Assembly: GCA_002269645.1 (NCBI GenBank)
Contig: NIVC01000522.1
Coordinates: 310,001 to 374,000, forward strand
Direction of reading: 5' to 3'
DNA length: 64,000 bases
DNA from: Macrostomum lignano
Taxonomy: Eukaryota
Below the pieces are notes generated by a model, which searched no databases, was not told where the DNA came from, and worked only from the letters and a program-made list of their open reading frames with translations. Both the position numbers and the translations under genes were made by a program. Of this stretch, positions 41,906-54,994 are shown piece by piece (the stretch's first letter is position 1; every line of letters starts with the position of its first letter).

Positions 41906-44900
41906 TTAATTGCAATTAATTGATGAATCGCTCCAGCCTCCCAGCTCCTTCGCATTAAGGCGTCTGGCTGCCTCTTTAGCTCGCCTGAAATTGTTCGACC
42001 GATATGTATCGAAAATACAAGTACTACGTTGTAAAAAATCTCGATAAGAAAACATTGACTTACCGAGTGAGATCTTCGACTTCAATGAGCAGGGAGTCCT
42101 GCTCCATGTGCAGATCGTCTCGCTCAACAAGGCAGTTGACCAGTTCGCTGTTGCATGCTGCGGATTTGTGAGGTCGTATTGATTTGTGTCGCGTGGGCAC
42201 GAAGCATACTCGATGCTTGGAATAAGCTGAATGTACACTAAGTATACATGTATATTGTATAATGAAAAGGTCCGACCTCTGATCATTCAAAATTAATTTT
42301 CAACATCAATTCTGCTGTATAAATAATGTTCTCGTTCAGGGACATGCACTCCGATCCATCAAGTCAATGTTAAAATTGTCTTCATTCCAGGTTACAGTTA
42401 CTGCAATGTGTATCCATGCACTGGGGTGTTAAACCAGACTTCCCACTTCAATCTGATTAACTAATTCAATCCTGTTTGCAGGAGTATGCATGTGAGACAG
42501 TTCGGGCCTAAAACTGGAGTTGTATCATACCTGCCGTAGAAACACAACCCAAGTGGGCATTACGATATAGATTTCTCTCTGGTACAGATCCAGTGCTGTA
42601 CGATATAATCAATTCCACTAATCAATGATTCATCCTCGAGGCATCTCGGGGCAGAATGTAAAATTTAAGCAAGCAATGCTCTTTGCCCAGCCAGTAAAAA
42701 AGCAAGCAGTCACTTTGCTTTTTAAAAGACAAAATTAGTTTTTGTTTGATGTTTGCCTTGTTGTGCTGTCGTCGAACTAGGCTGGGCTCGTTTATCACTG
42801 AGCTGCTCGCGAGTCACGTGACTTTAAAATTACCATCGATAATCAATCAAGCCACGTGACTTTAAAATTACCATCGATAATCAATCAAGTCACGTGGCTT
42901 TAAAATTATCATCGATAATCAATCAAGTCACGTGACTTTAAAATTACCATCGATAATCAATTAAGTCACGTGACTTTAAAATTACCATCGATAATCAATC
43001 AAGTCACGTGACTTTAAAATTACCATCGATAATCAATCAAGTCACGTGACTTTAAAATTACCATCGATAATCAATCAAGTCACGTGACTTTAAAATTACC
43101 ATCGATAATCAATCAAGTCACGTGACTTTAAAATTACCATCGATAATCAATCAAGTCACGTGACTTTAAAATTACCATCGATAATCAATCAAGTCACGTG
43201 GCTTTAAAATTATCATCGATAATCAATCAAGTCACGTGACTTTAAAATTACCATCGATAATCAATTAAGTCACGTGACTTTAAAATTACCATCGATAATC
43301 AATCAAGTCACGTGACTTTAAAATTACCATCGATAATCAATCAAGTCACGTGACTTTAAAATTACCATCGATAATCAATTAAGTCACGCGACTTTAAAAT
43401 TACCATCGATAATCAATCAAGTCACGTGACTTTAAAATTACCATCGATAATCAATCAAGTCACGTGACTTTAAAATTACCATCGATTATCAATAAAGTCA
43501 CGTGACTTTAAAATTACCATCGATAATCAATCAAGTCACGTGACTTTAAATTACCATCGATAATCAATCAAGTCACGTGACTTTAAATTTGCTCCGCTCT
43601 TCCCAATCCCTCATCACCCAACCAAACTCTGCGTCGCGTGACGCAAGTTGCGTCACTCAAAAGTCAATACTGAGCTAGAATTTACTGCGCACTCTCAAAG
43701 GTGGCGACTTTTTAATGTTGTTGAGTACATAATTATCTAGGCTATTCAACACCGCACAGATTGTGCTGAAGATCCATGGCGTGAGTTGCTATCTATCGAA
43801 GTTATCTACAAGTGGCTAGTATAAGCCCGTACTTATATTCGATATGTGATATGTGCGTCGGGCATCGAACTCTCACCATCAATTTTAGTCAGCAGGCATC
43901 GGTGCAGCATTTTCAAGGCGCCTCGACTGGCGCAGAGCAGATCATTTTCGGACAGACGGCCGGGCCAGTTGAACCCGGCGCGGTTTGAAACGACTACAGG
44001 GTGGTTCGGGCCGGCAACGTAGAGTTTGGTCTCGTCGCTGGGGCTGCTGTCCAACTGCAGCTGCATACGGGCCATGGGCTTGGCCTGATTTGCGGAGTTT
44101 GGACACAGTTGTTTGTTTATATAGAAAAGTGAATTTCTCCACCTCACTGTGTACAGTGGTAGATTCTTCTCGCTATCGCTTCTATGTACACTGCTCTTTA
44201 TCGATTATTCTTTCTGCCCCTCTGTGTACATTAGATTTTTCTCTACCCCTTCTAGTGTACATTGAAACCTAGATTTTCTCTCTACGATTTCTAGTGTAGA
44301 TTAAATTCTTCATTTTTCTCTTAATCTCCTCGCGTAAATTTAATGGTAGATTTTGGTCTATAACCTTTTTTATCCTTAGATACTATAAAGATTCTATCCA
44401 CCGTTTGTGAAAAATTTTGCAGACATTCTGAATATACCTGAGCCAGTGCTAATTGGGCTTCGCCTCTAAGTCGAGTGTGAACAGACAAAATCTCGTGATT
44501 ACAGTCGAGACCAAGACTTTCCAGCAGTTCAGGCTCCAATGGTCTGCGAGTCTATAGATATAGGATTATGAGAATTTTTAAGTCGCGGGGTATCACAAAA
44601 ATCACAGTCAGATTTGTAGACTAATATAGGTTTACCAATGATCTAGAGGCCGATTTTCCACTGATCTGCTGAGATCGGCTGCCCTGAAATTCGAGAAAGC
44701 ATAGTAGATAGTACAGAGTATCAAAGATCGGTGAATTCAATATACGCTCGTACATGTTGTATTGTTGATGAATCGATAAGCATGTGATTATAGAAGTGAT
44801 TAGCATCTTACTAAAACAGCCTACGAGCGATATACAACTTCATCACCTATAGGGGTTGTAGCCTACTGGTTAGAGCGTCGGACTCACGACCTAAAACATA

Positions 44901-47674
44901 GGGGGTTCGATTCTCAACCCACTTGAAACAATTTGTGCCCTTGAGCAGGACACTTAACTCTGCATTGCTGCAGTTCACAACTTCACCCACCAGTATTAGC
45001 TGGGGTAGTTGGGAGTGCGACCCCCTAGTCCTTCAGGCTAAGCTGTCGGTTGCATATCTGCCCATTAGTGCAGGCGTAATTAGTTATTAATTATCATTAT
45101 CACCTCCGAGTTTTTAAGCAGCGACGGCCTGCAGAATCGCTGCCATCCTCCTCCGCCGCCGCCGCCGTTTCCTCCAGCTTCGCAGTCGATATCGCTTAAA
45201 TCACCGAAATCCGAGGCCGCATCGTTTCGATAGCACAGCTCCATGGCTGCTTCTGGACCCGACTGTGTTAGCATAGAGGGGAGAAGCAAGGATGCGACAA
45301 TGTGATTCCAGTAATGAATAAGTACCTTGTGCACTTTTCGAACATCTCTCGAAAGTTTGACTCACCCGATAATCCGACGACAGGCCTGGCAGCCAGGAGT
45401 CGCAATAGGCTGGCACCTGTACGCTGCCGGTCAGATCCGTGCGCGAGGCTCCGACCGACAACGGCGGCGGCGGCGGCGACGGCGCGGCTAAGGAAGACGA
45501 AGACGCCGGCGAAGCGTCGCCGGAGCTGTCGCCGAAGCAATGCAAATTCAACGGCAGCGCGGCCGACGTCCAGCTTCGCCTCGGTGGCGGCGGCGGCCTC
45601 GGCGACTTATGCGGCGCCGATGATTGAGGCGGCAGATGCGCCGCCGCTGTTGAGACGGTCACGTGTTCGGCGCTGCTACTGGCGCTCATGTAGCCAGAAG
45701 TTGTTTGAGCAGCTTCGTCCTCTTCTAGGGAGGAGCCGGCAGTTGCTGATCGATTCTGCCAGCCTCGCCAAGCCTGCTGGATCCTGTTAGGCGTATATTA
45801 ACAGCATTGGCCTGATAAATGTACATTGAATAAAGTACACGCTTTCGCTTCGTCACTCCGTCAGTCTTGCTAGCCCACCCCATCTATCGCTTCATGTTAA
45901 AGATAACGGTTAACTGTTTTATTATCAAAGTTGAGGATAACCGACACAGTTAACCGTTTTATCAATCCAATAAAAGGCAATAAAAGCTAGCTAAGCTAAC
46001 TAAGTTAAGGGCCCCCCACCGAGCGCTGTTTTTTAATTGGCTGTTAAATTGAGAGCGGTCGTTTTTATTAACCCCCAGGCCTGAACTTCCCATGCCCCCA
46101 CCCCAAACTATATGTACATACCCAGAGTCAATAGACTATGTACAATTTCGTTAGTGGAAGTGTATCGGCTTTAGAGCTTAGTTAGGGTCTCTCGCTGCTT
46201 AATGTACATTCATTGACTTTTTCCAGATTGCAACAGATTGCCAGAACTTAACTGTTGGGATGTGAAGCCCACAGGCTGCCTTTGGCTCAACTTATTATGC
46301 AAGGCCAAGCTAACTAAGCCCGAGAGAGGGGGGCAACGGCAAAGCAAACATTGCCAATGCCAACGCCAAACAACAAAACTAGCAATCAGTGTCATTGGGG
46401 GAATGAACTGGGCGTGGATGGGGTATGAGTCTGTCTGGTTCTGGAGTCTGATTCGCTTGAATTGGAGCGAACTTGACTGGACTTTCTGTTGCCTGCTTTT
46501 CTGAGCACTTCGGTCGGTCGGTCGGTGGATCAGCTATATTGGACTGCCGTCTCGTCTGGTCTGGGGAGAAAAGCTCCCAAATCCCAATTTCATGCTTCAA
46601 TACGATACGCAGCAGACAGATAGATAGATACTGCTGCTGCTGCTGCAGTGCAGTGTGCAGGCAACTGTCCAGTGTCCATTCAACCGTATTCCCCTAGCTC
46701 GTCATAGGCTTTATATTCATGCGGCGCAAGTCATGGTCACGAGGCCGGCGGGGTCTGAGCAAATTTGTCCTGAGGGGACTAATATAACCAACTATAGCGC
46801 TGCACTAGTTCACTATATGCTCGGCAGATATATCGGAACCTCGGAAACAGTCGCTGCTGTATGCCGTCCCCATGACAGCACTATTGGAGGCTGGGGGAAA
46901 TGTAATCAAGTTCTACTTGAATGCGCAATTTACCAGATTGCTTGAGGAGGCAATCTCTAGCCTAAGGAAGGACTGATAGGGACTAATAACTGAGATTAGT
47001 TCTAACTCATTTACCCTCATACATTCCATTTGTATCTTGTGATATTGCACAAAAGTTAGAATATTGCAATGCTTTTGGTGAACTCAGCTGCCCTAAGTGT
47101 TCAAACTCTTTCTTGCTGGCGCCCCAGGTTCTGGCGACCACCCAGATAAAATGGCACCCACCCAGATAAAATGGCACCCACCCAGATAAAATGGCACCCA
47201 CCCAGATATAATGGCACCCACCCATATAAAATGACACCCACCCAGATAATATGGCGTCCGCCCATAAAAAATAGCATGCACCCAGATAAAGTGGCACCCA
47301 CCCAGATAAAATGGCGTCCACCCAGATAAAATGGCGTCCACCCAGATAAAATGGCACCCACCCAGATAAAATGGCACCCACCCAGATAAAATGGCGTCCA
47401 CCCAGATAAAATGGCACCCACCCAGATAAAGTGGCACCCACCCAGATAAAGTGGCACCCACCCAGATAAAATGGCGTCCACCCAGATAAAATGGCGCCCA
47501 CCCATATAAAATGGCACCCACCCAGATAAAATGGCACCCACCCAGATAAAGTGGCACCCACCCAGATAAAGTGGCATCCTCCAGATTTATCAAGTATATT
47601 TACAAACATAGGTCAGTAAAATAGATTTAGAAATATACTAATGCTCACCTCACAGCTGCAGTGTTGGCATCCAT
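41906..47674 (-). CDS. SCHIP1: Schwannomin-interacting protein 1 homologue with N-terminal IQ motif (IQCJ-SCHIP1-like)
   Basis: Exons 47674(frame open to acceptor at 47704)-47649, 45783-45366, 45262-45104, 44551-44438, 44084-43877, 42157-42064, 41984-41906; all GT-AG and phase-consistent. Motifs: PGLSSDYR|SGPEAAMELCYRND; RLRGEAQLALAQ|AKPMARMQ; CNSELVNCLVERDDLHMEQDSLLIEVEDLTR, versus SCHIP1 [31 protein letters not shown] (recalled). Confidence 0.85.
42811..43587. repeat. 38-bp minisatellite AAGTCACGTGACTTTAAAATTACCATCGATAATCAATC
   Basis: About 20 units; period from starts at 42963 and 43001. Confidence 0.96.
44852..45100 (+). mobile_element. tRNA-derived SINE with CORE-like domain in a SCHIP1 intron
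   Basis: tRNA-like head 44852-44921 (A box TAGCCTACTGG, B box GGTTCGATT, GGGTTG/CAACCC stem, broken anticodon stem). Followed by TGTGCCCTTGAGCAGGACACTTAAC at 44934, resembling the MIR/CORE consensus TGTGACCTTGGGCAAGTCACTTAAC. TTA-rich tail. Confidence 0.65.
47135..47585. repeat. 20-bp minisatellite CACCCAGATAAAATGGC(A/G)(C/T)C
   Basis: Direct reading. Confidence 0.93.
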
Positions 47675-48589
47675 AATGTCGTGAACTACAGAACTTTGAG
47701 GCCACTGCAAAAATGTAAGAGCTAGTTACTAAGGGACAGGTAGATTAGCAGAAAGTGAGCGAAATTTTACTCCGGCTTTGTCAAACTGTCGGGCAGTAAT
47801 GCTAAAACAATGGGGCAGAACAGAGTCCACTACTCTGCAGTTCGCGGACTTACAGGAACTATATGGGAGCTGCCCCTGCAGTGGGAAAGTAGGAAATATG
47901 AGTACTTCTTTTGCTTGGCTAATCTGCCAAACTGAGCTCACTGGCTTAAGCGTGCTCCAGGCCTTGGAGTGTGAGCGAGCGAACGAACGACTGAGTGAGT
48001 GAAACGGTTGGTTGCCAGGCAGTTCTGTACTTTTTGTTCCAACTCTTAAATCACTCGCGTCCCATTCTGGCTAAGCCAATCCTCGCTCAGAGAGTTGGCG
48101 ATGGGGGATGGGAACAGACAGACGGGTAGAGGGTTATAAGGATGAGGCGCGCAGAGGCTGAGGAGCTTTGATGGCAACGTCTGCCAGGAGAGAGAGCCTG
48201 CAGACAGAGCCGCGGGCGGGGAGAGGTTGGTACACACAGAAAATTTAATGCCGCAAGCAGCTGCATAGGATCAGTTCTTGGCGATAAGAGGAGGGCCCAA
48301 GAGAGAGGGGAGAATGGGAGAAGAAAATTTAGTGATGAAGGGCCTTGGGGATTGGAAAGAAGTTCTTTCGCCCGCATTCGTTTTCTTGTGTACGCAATTG
48401 CAAGTTTTTTTCGAGAATTTCAACTCTCGTTTTTGCATCCGACATTTATAGATCGAAATTCAGAGATTTTGAAGTTTCGTGGTGGTCGATTCTAAGATTA
48501 TAAAACCCAAAATAAAATATGAAAATTCAATCCAAAATATGCTTTAGAATCGCATTTAATGAGCTTAAAAATTCTACAAACCCTAACTT

Positions 48590-49162
48590 CGCAAATCCTA
48601 ATCTTCACAAACCCTAAGCTTCACAAACCCTAAACTTCACAAACCCTAAGCTTCACAAACCCTAAACTTCACAAACCCTAAACTTCACAAACCCTAAACT
48701 TCACAAACCCTAAAATTCACAAACCCTAAACTTCACAAACCCTAAACTTCCCAAACCCTAAACTTCACAAACCTTAAACTTCACAAACCCTAAACTTCAC
48801 AAACCTTATTAGACTTCACAAACCTTAAACTTCACAAACTCTTAACTTCACAAACCTTATTAGACTTCACAAACCTTATTAGACTTCACAAACCTTAAAC
48901 TTCACAAACCCTAAACTTCACAAACCTTAAACTTCATAAGCCCTAAGCTTCACAAACCTTAAACTTCACAAACTCTTAACTTCACAAACCTTAAACTTCA
49001 CAAGCCCTAAGCTTCACAAACCTTAAACTTCACAAACCCTAAACTTCACAAACCTTATTAATCTTCACAAACCTTAAACTTCACAAACTCTTAACTTCAC
49101 AAACCTTAAACTTCACAAACCTTATTAGACTTCACAAACCTTAAACTTCACAAACCCTAAAG
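48590..49162. repeat. 16-bp minisatellite ACAAACCCTAAACTTC
   Basis: Direct reading. Confidence 0.93.
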
Positions 49163-49696
49163 TTGGACGTTGTGAAAATTGAGAGTACCGTACGTACTCA
49201 AGGAGAGACACATAAGCTAAAAAAGTCCCTGCAAGCAAAAGTACTGTCCCACACTTGGTTCATGCAGCCTCATGCTCCGCGGTGCCTGAGCTATAAACCC
49301 AGCCATGCAGCAGTTTTATGACAGCGCTGACGTGCTGTGCTGACATTGATTGCACCAATGCTGCTCATAAAAGTTTTTGACCGCCCCTTCCATTGCGTGG
49401 CATCGCATGAGCTTATTTATGACCATAGCCAGCCTTCCCGTGGAGCTTGCTGCTAAGAGCTGTCCTCTTCCCAGGTAGCGAAAAGCATTATCATTTTATG
49501 GAATTAAGCATGATAATTGCTGAAATGGTAGCAGGGGGTCGGTGGGTCCTGCAGCGCCATGGACTGCTGGATCAGAAGTTTGGGCAATGATTTTCAAAAA
49601 CTTCTGGTCAACACGGGTTTTTTGATACAATCTTCCCATAGAAACCTAGGAGCTCTTACAAAGTTGCCCTGACAACTGAAGTAGTGAGTGGGCGTC

Positions 49697-49995
49697 TTAT
49701 ATCGACACCAATGGACACCCAATATCGACTCCAATGGACACATAATATCGACACCAATGGACACCCAATATGTCGACCATTGGTGTCAACCAATGGACAC
49801 CCAATATCGACACCAATGGACACCCAATATCGACACCAATAGACACCCAATATCGACACCAATGGACACCCAATATCGACACCAATGGACACCCAATATC
49901 GACACCAATGGACACCCAATATCGACACCAATGGACACCCAATATCGACACCAATGGACACCCAATATCGACACCAATGGACACCCAATATCGGC
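49697..49995. repeat. 23-bp minisatellite ATATCGACACCAATGGACACCCA
   Basis: Direct reading. Confidence 0.93.
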
Positions 49996-50564
49996 ACCTC
50001 ATTTTAATTTTGCTACTGCACGCTAAAATCGTAAGAATGAACCGTTTTGAGATAAAATTCGTCAAAGAGACTGTACAGAATTTCCGACAAAAAGAGAATA
50101 TCTTAACGATCAGCACGCAGCTATCAGCAATCCCCTTGGGAACTTCATGGCGTCTGAGCAGCGCGCTCAGCAATAGCAGCAGCTAAGATAAGATGGAGAG
50201 GACTCTGAGCTATCTAGGTTTTTTAAAGGGTCAGTTGATTGTAAATTTATGACCATGGACACTGTGTGCCCAACGAACGACCCTGCAGCTCCCCTTCACC
50301 TCTCTCCGACCTCACTTCTCGTCACAGTGCGAGGTCTTCTATCAAAGCCGAAACTACGAGTATAAGAAAGTGCAAAAGCAGTTTTGCTGCTTCAACAGAA
50401 GAGAAATAGACCCCCCGGCTGCTCTGCATTCCTGGCAACAGGTGTTGGAGCGCTGGGGAACGTGTGAAGGAAATAGGCAATGGGATTACAGCGGGACTTC
50501 AGAGGCTGGATCGAGTATTTTCCGAATACAAGCAATCTGCTCAAGGCTTTTTAGTTTTCATCCC

Positions 50565-50658
50565 CCTGTCTGTCCGTCCGTCTGTATGTCTGTCTGTCTG
50601 TCTGTCCGTCCGTCTGTCTGTCTGTCTGTCTGTCAGTCTGTCTGTCTGTCAGTCTGCC

Positions 50659-50702
<44 letters not shown>

Positions 50703-50766
50703 AGTCTGTCTGTCTGTCAGTCTGCCTGTCTGTCTGTCTGTCAGTCTGTCTGTCTGTCAGTCTGCC

Positions 50767-50810
<44 letters not shown>

Positions 50811-50890
50811 AGTCTGCCTGTCTGTCTGTCAGTCTGTCCGTCCGTTTGTCTGTCAGTCTGTCAGTCTGCCTGTCTGTCTGTCAGTCTGCC

Positions 50891-50926
<36 letters not shown>

Positions 50927-51010
50927 CGTTTGTCTGTCTGTCTGCCTGTCTGTCTGTCTGTCAGTCTGCCTGTTTGTCTGTCTGTCTGCCTGTCTGTCTG
51001 TCTGTCTATG
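50565..51010. repeat. (GTCT)n-derived microsatellite
   Basis: Direct reading. Confidence 0.93.
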
Positions 51011-51479
51011 CATTTCGATACCCGGCCGTATCCTATTAATTGTCTGTCTCTCTTACCCTCTGTCCGGTTCTTCAGCGTCTGTTCGCCCAGACATCCATCA
51101 ATTCCTTGCTGACTACACACCGCAGTGACTCGGCGTGTCTCTGCGCTCTCCGGTAGCGGCATGCCCCAGTCAATCATCTGCTACACCGCGTGTACATGTT
51201 CTAGAGGCATCAGCCTCCCTTATAACAAAAAAGTTATTTATTCGTATGTACCCCGACTGCACTGCAACAAGAGAGATCTTGGGACTTTCCTGCAGGGCAT
51301 GAATTTGTGGCGCTCCGTTTGCAGTTCGAAGTTGGAAAATAAAAATGCAAACCTACTGACTCTACGAGCGTACAGTGTAACCGATGTAACGTTACTATTA
51401 CGTAGATTACATGTTAGCTATGTCAGTAACTATATGTTAGCTCTGTAACATTCGCTTTTGCACTGTTTTGGCTAAAAAG

Positions 51480-51850
51480 CATTGATTGTGGCGCTAAAAG
51501 CATTGATTGTGGCGCCAAAACTGACATTGATTGTGGCTAAAACTGGCATTTACTGTGGCGCCAAAACTGACATTGATTGTGGCGCTAAAACTGGCATTGA
51601 TTGTGGCGCTACAACTGGCATTGATTGTGGCGCCAAAACTGACATTGATTGTGGCGCTAAAACTGACATTTATTGTGGCGCCAAAACTGGCATTGATTGT
51701 GGCGCTAAAACTGGCATTGATTGTTGTGGCGCTAAAAATGGCATTGATTGTGGCGCCAAAACTGACACTGATTGTGGCGCTAGAACTGACATTAATTGTG
51801 GCGCCAAAACTATCATTGATTGTGGCGCCAAAACTGACACTAACTGTAGC
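51480..51850. repeat. 24-bp minisatellite GGCATTGATTGTGGCGC(C/T)AAAACT
   Basis: Direct reading. Confidence 0.92.
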
Positions 51851-52274
51851 GCCAGAACAAAAGCCAGCCGTCTTCCAACTACCAGTTAACAGCCGAGTTC
51901 ACGCACGGAATGGCCACACAGTCGAACCGTGACCTTAGACAGACAAAACTCGGCTTCCTTTTTTCCAAATGCAAATGAAACAAAATGAAATTGCCATGCA
52001 AATGAAGGCGAACAGACAGACAAATGGCTGAGCCTAAAATTTTCCAACAACTTTTACCCGACGACCCGCCCACATTCGCATATTTGGGAATGACTTTGCG
52101 TATATAATTTTGTCGAGAATTCCCAACAGAAAATTAGCCAATCTAAATGCGCCAAGGCCGGAATAAAAGAGTTTTTCTGCGGAAAGTGGGAATGCTCGCG
52201 AAATTATGGGACAACTTCACCTTGGGGAGACTGAGAACTTTATAGATAAGTACAGCGTGGTGCTAGGCTGATTA

Positions 52275-53168
52275 TGTAGTTGATTCTGTAGAATAGAATA
52301 GATAGAGAGGCTGATTCTGTAGGATAGAATAGATAGAGAGGCTGACTCTGTAGGATAGAATAGATAGAGGCTGATTCTGTAGAATAGAATAGATAGAGAG
52401 GCTGATTATGTAGAACAGAATAGATAGAGAGGCTGATTATGTAGAACAGAATAGATAGAGAGGCTGATTCTGTAGAACAGAATAGATAGAGAGGCTGATT
52501 ATGTAGGATAGAATAGATAGAGAGGCTGATTATGTAGGATAGAATAGATAGAGAGGCTGATTATGTAGAACAGAATAGATAGAGAGGCTGATTCTGTAGA
52601 ACAGAATAGATAGAGAGGCTGATTATGTAGAACAGAATAGATAGAGAGGCTGATTATGTAGAACAGAATAGATAGAGAGGCTGATTCTGTAGAACAGAAT
52701 AGATAGAGAGGCTGATTCTGTAGAACAGAATAGATAGAGAGGCTGATTCTGTAGAACAGAATAGATAGAGAGGCTGATTCTGTAGGATAGAATAGATAGA
52801 GAGGCTGATTCTGTAGAATAGAATAGATAGAGAGGCTTATTCTGTAGAATAGAATAGATAGAGAGGCTGATTCTGTAGAATAGAATAGATAGAGAGGCTG
52901 ATTCTGTAGAATAGAATAGATAGAGAGGCTGATTCTGTAGAATAGAATAGATAGAGAGGCTGATTATGTAGAACAGAATAGATAGAGAGGCTGATTATGT
53001 AGAACAGAATAGATAGAGAGGCTGATTATGTAGAACAGAATAGATAGAGAGGCTTATTCTGTAGAACAGAATAGATAGAGAGGCTGATTCTGTAGGATAG
53101 AATAGATAGAGAGGCTGATTCTGTAGGATAGATTAGATAGAGAGGCTGATTCTGTAGAATAGAATAAG
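52275..53168. repeat. 31-bp minisatellite GAGGCTGATTCTGTAGAATAGAATAGATAGA
   Basis: GCTGATT at 52401 and 52432. Confidence 0.94.
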
Positions 53169-53794
53169 CGGAAAAACGATTCTTTATCTACTTGAGAACT
53201 GAGATTCGAACTTGCGACCTTACTTATTATTCAAATAAGTTACAAAAACGCAATATTTACGCCAGGCACATTAATAAATAATATTCACGACATTGAAATA
53301 CGGTTGTAACAAAAAACACAAATCCCAATCAATCACAGATGAATCTCGGTTGATTTTATTCAAAAGCTTTAAATTCAACTTCAAGCAACCATGAGATTAG
53401 TGCTTTGGCATGGCAGATTTTAATAGCAGTGTTAAAACATGGCAGATTGCAAAAAAATTACGCTGCATTGCAAGCGATTGATATTACGGGAACACTGTGC
53501 CCACTAGCACAGGCCTACTGTGTACATAGCGTAGCGTGCATACATTAAATAAATGCCACTCATGCTACTGTGAGTATTATTTTTCACATTTTCTATTACC
53601 AGTAAGTTTTTTTAAGGAATAAAATTTTCATACAATGCGATTAAAAACAGGCCGATTAAGCAAATAAACAAAAGATTAGAACAGAATGTGTTTATTATTA
53701 GTTGTTAAAAACTTTTGACACCTTTTTGGAATTCTATTTTGCAATTCAGTGCAAGCAGCAATGGTTGAATAATGAGAATTTGTGGAGATACCGG

Positions 53795-54905
53795 GGTCAG
53801 ACGCAGGGATGAGATACTGGCGACAGACACAGGTGAGATACCGGGGACAGACATGGGTGAGATAGCGGGGACAGACATGGGTGAGATAGCGGGGACAGAC
53901 ACATATGAGATACCGGGGACAGACACAGGTGAGATACCGGGGACAGACACAGGTGAGATACCGGGGACAGACAGGAGTGAGATACCGGGGACAGACAGGG
54001 GTAACATACCGGGGACAGACAGCGGTAACATACCGGGGACAGACAGGGGTAACATACCGGGGACAGACACATATGAGATACCGGGGACAGACACATATGA
54101 GATACCGGGGACAGACACAGGTGAGATACCGGGGACAGACACAGGTGAGATACCGGGGACAGACAGGAGTGAGATACCGGGGACAGACAGGGGTAACATA
54201 CCGGGGACAGACAGCGGTAACATACCGGGGACAGACAGGGGTAACATACCGGGGACAGACACATATGAGATACCGGGGACAGACACAGGTGAGATACCGG
54301 GGACAGACACAGGTGAGATACCGGGGACAGACAGGGGTAACATACCGGGGACAGACAGCGGTAACATACCGGGGACAGACAGGGGTAACATACCGGGGAC
54401 AGACACAGATGAGATACCGGGGACAGACACAGGGGAGATACCGGGGACAGACAGGGGTAACATACCGGGGACAGACACAGATGAGATACCGGGGACAGAC
54501 ACAGGGGAGATACCGGGGACAGACACAGGGGAGATACCGGGGACAGACACAGATGAGATACCGGGGACAGACACAGATGAGATACCGGGGACAGACAAGG
54601 GTGAGATACCGGGGACAGACAGGGGTGAGATACCGGGGACAGACAGGGGTGAGATACCGGGGACAGACAGGGGTGAGATAGCGGGGACAGACACAGGTGA
54701 GATACCGGGGTCAGAGACAGGTGAGATACCGGGGTCAGAGACAGGTGAGATACCGGGGTCAGACGCAGGGATGAGATGCTTGGGACAGACACAGGTGAGA
54801 TAACGGGGACAGACAGGGGTGAGATACCGGGGACAGACAGGGTGAGATACCGGGGACAGACAGTGGTAAGATACCGGGGACAGACAGTGGTGAGATACCG
54901 GGGGG
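53795..54905. repeat. 24-bp minisatellite GAGATACCGGGGACAGACACAGGT, just 3' of the GCN2 stop
   Basis: Direct reading. Confidence 0.94.
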
Positions 54906-54994
54906 ATTTATGATCGAGAACACACAGGAAATGCCATCACATACATATGTACATGTGGATGTACATTTTCATAAAATCGTCGCTACAATGCGGT

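Noticed and set aside
42811-43587. CRISPR-like array of palindromic 38-bp repeats
   Set aside because: Units are head-to-tail with no unique spacers, there are no cas genes, and the context is a eukaryotic intron.
44852-44921. Functional tRNA-Val(CAC)
   Set aside because: Anticodon and T stems do not pair properly and a CORE-like SINE body follows.
45302-45790. Plus-strand GC-rich ORFs
   Set aside because: Antisense shadows of the SCHIP1 exon 45783-45366.
45906-45957. 11-bp inverted repeat ACGGTTAACTG / CAGTTAACCGT
   Set aside because: Isolated and short, with no TSD or second copy seen.
48590-49162. Interstitial telomere (CCCTAAA)
   Set aside because: The heptamer is only part of a 16-bp unit, not a pure telomeric tract.
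50370-51448. Short ORFs around the GTCT array as a further gene
   Set aside because: No recognisable motif or consistent exon chain.
52080-52195. Su(H)/RBPJ-like TGGGAA cluster
   Set aside because: Only one good GTGGGAA; expected by chance in 64 kb.
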